Origin: Eledone cirrhosa | Lineage: Eukaryota | Direction of reading: 5' to 3' | DNA length: 64,000 nt | Assembly (NCBI GenBank): GCA_964016885.1 | Contig: OZ024742.1 | Location: 142,972,001-143,036,000 of the forward strand | Part shown: piece after piece, positions 57,804 through 64,000 of the stretch | How the letters are laid out: every line of letters begins with the position of its first letter | Numbering within the stretch: position 1 is the stretch's first letter | The notes under the pieces: generated by a model | Told to the model about the DNA's origin: nothing | Seen by the model: only the letters and a program-made list of their open reading frames with translations | Databases searched by the model: none | Made by a program: the position numbers and the translations under genes

Positions 57804-58706
57804 CTGTATATAATAATATAAGCTGATCCAAATATAAGTTGACCCCCTCCCCCTATTTTATGTCTGAGAAATGAGTAAAAATGCAAACCCTGTTTATAAG
57901 CCAAGACAGCTAATCAACACTATGTTTAGATGGTGTGGTTTAGAAATTCTCATAAGTGGAAAATATATTTATGAAGTTTTAATATTTTGATGCTTAAAAT
58001 ATTTTAAGTGTCATTTAGAGTATAGTTTTTGTTTCACAACTCCATTACGTAATGCTTTTTTACCATGTTATCCATTTTATAATGTTCCAACAAGATTCTC
58101 AAATTTTTGTTTACTTCAGGCCACCCACATGGCAGGAGTACTTTTTTTTATCCATTTTATAATGTTTCAACAAGTTTCTCAAATTTTTTTTTCACTTCAA
58201 GCAACAAGATTAAATAAGAGAACTTTGTATAGAGCAGAAGAGGGAGGGAGACACAGCAAGCTAGAGGAGAGGCAGAGGAAGAAAAAGTGGGGACAAGAGC
58301 AAGAGAGTGGAAGCAATAAAATACAAGTCAAAAGAAAGACTTCAATCTTACATAAGATTGAAAGAAAAAGTATTATTAGGTCAGAGAAAAAACATGAATG
58401 TGTGTGTGTGTGCACATGTATGAGATATTTATGTATTAAAAAGTACAAACTGTAAAATGTTGGAAATATTTTCAAGGAAATGCATAAATAAAACTAATGA
58501 CGAAAATGTCAATAAAACTAAATGTAGAAAAACAAGTGTTTCATTGTAAAATAATCATTTTAGATATTTTAGCACCTTATTTACGTAGATTTTGAACTTG
58601 GTGAAAATCAACAAAATATTGACCTCAAATATAGGCTTGACCCCCACCATTTTATCATCAAATTTTTTAATCATATATTTTTCGACTTATATATGAGTAT
58701 ATACAG
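57804..58706. mobile_element. pogo/Tc1-mariner-type MITE with internal duplication
   Basis: TA-ctgtatata...tatatacag-TA; inverted homolog of 25817-26555; duplicated tatccattttataatgtt..caacaag block. Confidence 0.82.
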
Positions 58707-59754
58707 TAATTAGAAGACCCATTTGAATAAAGAATTAAGTTTCATCGGAAAATAAATTATGCAGTTAATATATAGTTAGCGCTCTTGTAGTGTGTATATG
58801 TTAACTAAGAACGTGTAAGGAATGGAGAAGGAAAAAAAAACAAAACAAAAAAAAACGTTAAGGTAATTAAAATTAAACATTAAAAGGTTAAAAAGAAAAA
58901 TGTACGTAGCCCTATGTATCCATTGACTAAATTCCTTCTGATTGTTATTTGAATTAATTAATCAAGATGGCTGCAGTGGAGCTTGCTGAAAAACAATTAC
59001 AGAAAGCAAACTTTTTTTTTAAAGTTTACTTAAAGAGAAAAGACTGCATCTATAGTTATTTCAAGCACTCCCTAGAGCAAGAATTAATGACCAGTTTGAA
59101 GTGACATAGGAAAGACATAGGTAGGATGAGATTAACAGAAGAAAAGTGGTACTGGAGAAGAATGACAAGAGAGTACTAAATGGTTTTTATAAAAAAATAA
59201 ATAAAAAAAAATCACTCATTTTAAGTAGAATCTCTTAGAATTTTTGTGTTTCTAACTTACACACACATATGCTTTTGTTTTTACTAAAAGATATCACCAT
59301 ATCTAAGTTCAGATTCCATACATGCTTTGTTACTCAAAAATATTAGCATATCTATGCATACACACCATGGGTGAAGACAGATCTAGTTAATAAATAAAAA
59401 CATTAAATGATTTGATAGGGATAATGATTTCTAATCTAGGCACATGGTCTGCAATTTGGGAGCCAGGGGGGGTGTTGGTTATATCAAACCAGTATTTGAC
59501 TGATACTTTATTTTATCACCTTGCAAGAATGAAAAGCAAAACTGACTTTGACAAGACTTGAGCTCAGAATATAAAAGAGCAGGAACAAAAGCTGCAGAGC
59601 ATTTGCCAAACCCTTTGAGAATGGTAGAGCAACCACAATTATTGTTGTAACGTAAGAGTCTAGAATGACAATGATAACAAACTAATGAGATTTCTGGTAT
59701 TTGGTGCATTATTTTGGTGACAAAGACACATATCACTCCCAATGTGAGTTGCAC

Positions 59755-60305
59755 AATAGGAGGTGCCTTCTGAGACCATGAAGAAAGCAAATTTGTTCCT
59801 ATTCCTGGAAGGTAAACTAATAGTAGTTGATAACTTCTGCAATGTAGGTGATCACATCAGTTGTGGAGGTGGGTGTACTGAAAGACTAGTAACCAAATTA
59901 AGGGTGCGAAAAAAGTTCAGAGAGCAACAAAAAGTTTTTCTCTCATTACCATGCAGTGCGATACTGCATGGTAATGAGTCTTGGGCTAAGAATACAGATC
60001 TATAGTAACTGGAAAGAAATAAGGTGAGCATGGTCTGCTGCATGTGAAATGTTAGAGTGCATGAATGACAGATCATTACTATTACTACTCTCTCTCTATG
60101 CTCAGTTAAGGACATCTTTTGCTGACACCACAAAAAAATGTACCCAGTACATACTGTAAAGTGTTTGCCATTAAGAAGGGGATCCAGCTGTAGCCCCCAA
60201 AAAAATGTATGAGCAAGATGTGGTTCACTGCCCCACTTAGTCTCAGACTGTGACAAACTGTCCCATTTGTATCAGCATAGAAAACCCATAGAATGAGGAT
60301 GATGG
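59755..60305 (+). mobile_element. Degenerate RTE 3' fragment
   Basis: VDNFCNVGDHISCGGGC, ILHGNESW, 3' UTR motifs. Confidence 0.75.
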
Positions 60306-61329
60306 ACTTGATTGAAAAAGCAGATACCTCTCACACACACACATACACATTGAGAAAAACAAACATGGAATGTTTTGGTCTATTTTTAGAAATGTTGAGC
60401 AGATATGTATTTATTGAAAATTAACCTAGAGTTAAAAGCATCAATGCACATATTTTTTGGACTATGAAAATAGTCTAACAAATTGGACATAAAAGCTCCT
60501 AGATGGAAAAAAAAGAAAAAAAAAAAAACGTTGACAGCACCACTCATATATATTTTTATAGATGAACATCAACAATTTACCGATTTCCAAATCCTATTAA
60601 TCACCCATAAGAGACAGCAGCAACTCTGATAACATCTGTCTTCCCCATTTGGTGGCTGTTGCAGTCCGGTTACATAAGCCGAGTTTGGGAGGGTGGGTGG
60701 TCTGCATTTGATTTGCTGAATTTGAGGCTGAGTGTGGTTTGGTTTGGCAGGAGTCATGGGTACAGGTTGGTGTTTGCTGAGGGTTAGTAGACTGATTGGA
60801 GCAATAATGGTCTTATTTACGTATATATCAGAAAGGATTGTCTGGGCAACTACCTATATTGCTAGTACAATACACATAATATATATTTCTAATATTTCAT
60901 CTAATTAGTTAACTATATATCCTTAAGTAGATTCTTAAAGAAATCATTATCAAGAAATTAGCTTTTATATGTCTAATTAATATTTATAAGAATGAACTTG
61001 CTCTGTAAAATTAATAATGATTTCTTTATTTTCATAATTATAAATATTAATTATAAAAACAAGACCAGGGAGGTATAAAAAGAAACAGGTTAGTTAACAG
61101 AATTTTCTATCATGAAAATATTTGTATAATTACTATAGTTTAGCTGAAGCTAGTCAGGGCTACTGTACACAAATCTTGTAAACTTCTACATTATGAAATG
61201 AAACACTTAATGTTTTGTTTTAGAGCTTGCTTTTCAATGTCCTGAAGACAAGACAATATTTATAAAAAAAACAAACATTTCTGCTGATGGCAATGGGAAG
61301 GCTTAAAGTACAGCATATAATTCCTAACT

Positions 61330-61545
61330 GATAATGGTTTCTGATTTAGGCACAAGGCCAACAATTTTGGGAGAAGGGAAAGTTGATTAAATCGACACCA
61401 GTGCATTACTGGCACTTTATTTTATCGACCCTGTAAGGATGAAAGCAAAGCTAACCTCAACAGGATTTGAACTCAGAACGTAAAGGGCCGTAACTAAGTC
61501 GCTAAAGCATGTTGTCCGACGCTCTACCGATTCTGCCAATCCAAC
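61330..61545 (-). mobile_element. SINE family A
   Basis: reverse complement of ggattggcagaatcggtagag..gagttcaaatcc..ctttcatccttacagggtcgataaaataaag. Confidence 0.88.
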
Positions 61546-62939
61546 TGACAATGCTGGAAAATAAGACTATCAACTTAAGATTTTGTCATATATAATGTAT
61601 GCAAAATCATATATATATATATATATATGAATAAAAAGAAAAAGACAGAAATCAGTGAGCTGTAGGAAATGGCATAGATCCAATATATAGTACTCTTATC
61701 AGAGACAAGGTGAGAAGAAAACAAAGATTCTAGAAGCCACATGATCTAATACATGAAAACAGTGTTGCAGCAGTAAGAGGCCCCCTTTCTAATTGGTTGC
61801 ATTTGTGAGAGAAAAAGAAATGTATACATTGTAAATTGGGATAATATTTTTCCAGCTAGGATATTGAGATTAAATATAATTTTAAAATAAAACGTATATT
61901 AATAAAATATCTTCAATATAAAATTAAAGTAAACCAACAGAATAATTATGATTTTGACACATGTTCTCTAAATAGTAAAATGACATTACTGTATATTTTT
62001 CAGCTGATGTGTTTTTGTTTATATTTAACAAACCGAATAACATAATTTGATAGTTGACATATTGGGGGTAAATCAAAATATAAGTAGTGAAATAATTAAG
62101 ATATTTTATAAACTGAGTAACACAGTACAGAATTATAAAACAACTGAAACTTAAGCTTTCAGTAAAAGAACATAGTTTGCAATTAGCAAACTAGTAGACA
62201 CACAAAGAGATAAGAAATACCATTATGTAGATTACAATTTAAAAAACAAAGCACTATTTGCAAGCTAGTGTGATTGTATATTATAGTATGATGAACTGTT
62301 AAGGTAACAGTTATAAGTTATTGTAAATAAACACAGAAAATGCCATAACAGAGCAGAATCAAGTAGTCATTTGGAAGAAATGTTTTACAAGATAAATTAT
62401 AACTTATCAAACGATATTACACAAGTGGATGTTTGAAAGAATGTACCCCTACCCTCATTTAAATTAGTCATTCAGTGAGCCTTATACACCCAATATCAGA
62501 TTCTAGACAAAGTAAACAGTTACAAACCAAATTCAAAACATTTCTATTTCTTGTGACTTGAAAACCAAATTCAGGATAACTTGAAGAAAATAATTAGCAA
62601 ATTCTCCGGTGATATGAAGGGCATAGTGAAAATACGAAATAGGCTATTAAAAAGTTTTCCATGAGGAACTTTAAAACCAACTATATCCTAATGAGTTAAA
62701 TAAACAAAAGCTACTTGACGTATCAAATAAATAACATTACTATCATTTGCTTGAACATCTTAAACCTTATTATAAAACCAAACCAAAACGAATTATAAAG
62801 ACCAATTGTTTGTGTTGGTCAGTGTGAGATGGAAACTATTAACTATCAGTATGGTTTTGCTTATATTTTTTCAATAAATCAAAAGACCTACAAACAAACA
62901 TTGAGATCTAAAATACTTGATGAAAAAATAAATGCTAGG

Positions 62940-63330
62940 TTGTTTAACCAGAGAATCATCTGAAATGATCAAATACACCTGGTCGTGAGCATTCCATCTT
63001 ATTTGCAGACATATTTCGGACTTCATTATCCGACGTGGGTCTGCTTTAGAAGATAAGGGGTAATTTGTGAGAGATGTGGCTGTCTTGCAGATCTAGAGAC
63101 CGCGGAGATACTCGTGCATGTGTTGGTGTTCATCGGATCAGTTGAACCGTCCCTAACCACTGAATCCACAGCATCACGAACAGAGGTCGATCAGACGTCC
63201 GATGAAATCAACTAGTTGCGATTCCAACGGCGGATACCATATACGCAATTATCGATTGAGGATCCACTATGAATGCACACCCTTCCTCGTTGGCTTAGCA
63301 TAATTTTCCCTCTGCTAGCAATCCCGAAAC
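62940..63330 (-). repeat. CpG-retaining interspersed repeat (SINE-like, unclassified)
   Basis: Homology to 50340-50530; 3' part resembles old tail fragments near 17290-17430 and 51140-51240. Confidence 0.5.
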
Positions 63331-64000
63331 AAGTGAAGCTAAAAACAACGTGTTTTATGTTATCCACTGAATGTCTGTACTCCACTGTCAACCTTCACTT
63401 TCTAGTTTGTCTTCTTTCTTAATCATATACATACACGTTTGAATCATCCAGAACCGGATAATGCAAACTATAATTTTGTTAATATTTCACTACTAATAAA
63501 TAACAAAACACATAACACACTTTCATTATTGCATCCATTACTATCTGTATTATAAGTAGGCTAAACTTAAACTAAAAAAGAACGTAATGACATTTCTACA
63601 ACTAGGAATTGGGTGGGGGGAAGCATTAATTAAAAATAAATAACTCATCTATAATCTTCGAAAACGTATCTGTAAAACTTCATTAAAAAATAAGCATTAA
63701 GAAAATTTACAGTATGGGGTCTATATGTAAAATAAACAGTTATCGCCCACACTATTTAATGTTAAACTTCTGAATTTAATACCGCACAAGAACTAAAACT
63801 GTTAGTTCATTTGAGAAACATGAATACCGCAAAAATGAAAGACTAAAATGTTCAGTATAGATTTTAATATTAACTGTTCGATGAGTAATTGCACGTTTTT
63901 TTTTTTTTATCAAGGTATTGATAACGAATAAAAAATGTATGTGGAAAGAAATCAAATACATGATTGTGACTATTTCTTTTAGGTTAATGTCATGCTTGTT

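Noticed and set aside
58961-59105. caagATGGCTGC start-like context with a short plus-strand ORF
   Set aside because: About 45 codons, includes a T-run, no recognisable homology or splice support.

Overview
AT-rich animal genomic DNA, most likely a coleoid cephalopod (octopus-like); this is inferred from the SINE/RTE repeat landscape and the 5S sequence. Two intron-rich genes lie in tandem on the minus strand. ENOSF1 (enolase superfamily, L-fuconate dehydratase) has coding exons 1-12 at 23991->429 and its 3' end runs off the window. DCUN1D1/DCN1 (neddylation co-E3) has its last five coding exons at 53320->38128; I could not find the UBA exon. Every exon was reconstructed by hand with GT-AG boundaries and consistent phases. 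The rest is a dense, often nested mobile-element landscape: RTE LINEs with a PHD-like finger, CR1 3' ends, tRNA-derived SINEs, CRE- and HERO-like RLE retrotransposon relics, pogo/Tigger- and piggyBac-like MITEs, a decayed hammerhead motif and a 5S pseudogene. Highlights: (1) a SINE whose 18-bp TSD duplicates an ENOSF1 splice donor; (2) a 5S+tRNA+CORE+RTE-tail chimeric SINE-like element; (3) two same-family, same-orientation nested LINE insertions without TSD; (4) a bipartite CR1 tail shared by two copies; (5) inverted CR1 copies bracketing a 306-nt in-frame exon block. I saw no CRISPR or prokaryotic-type system.
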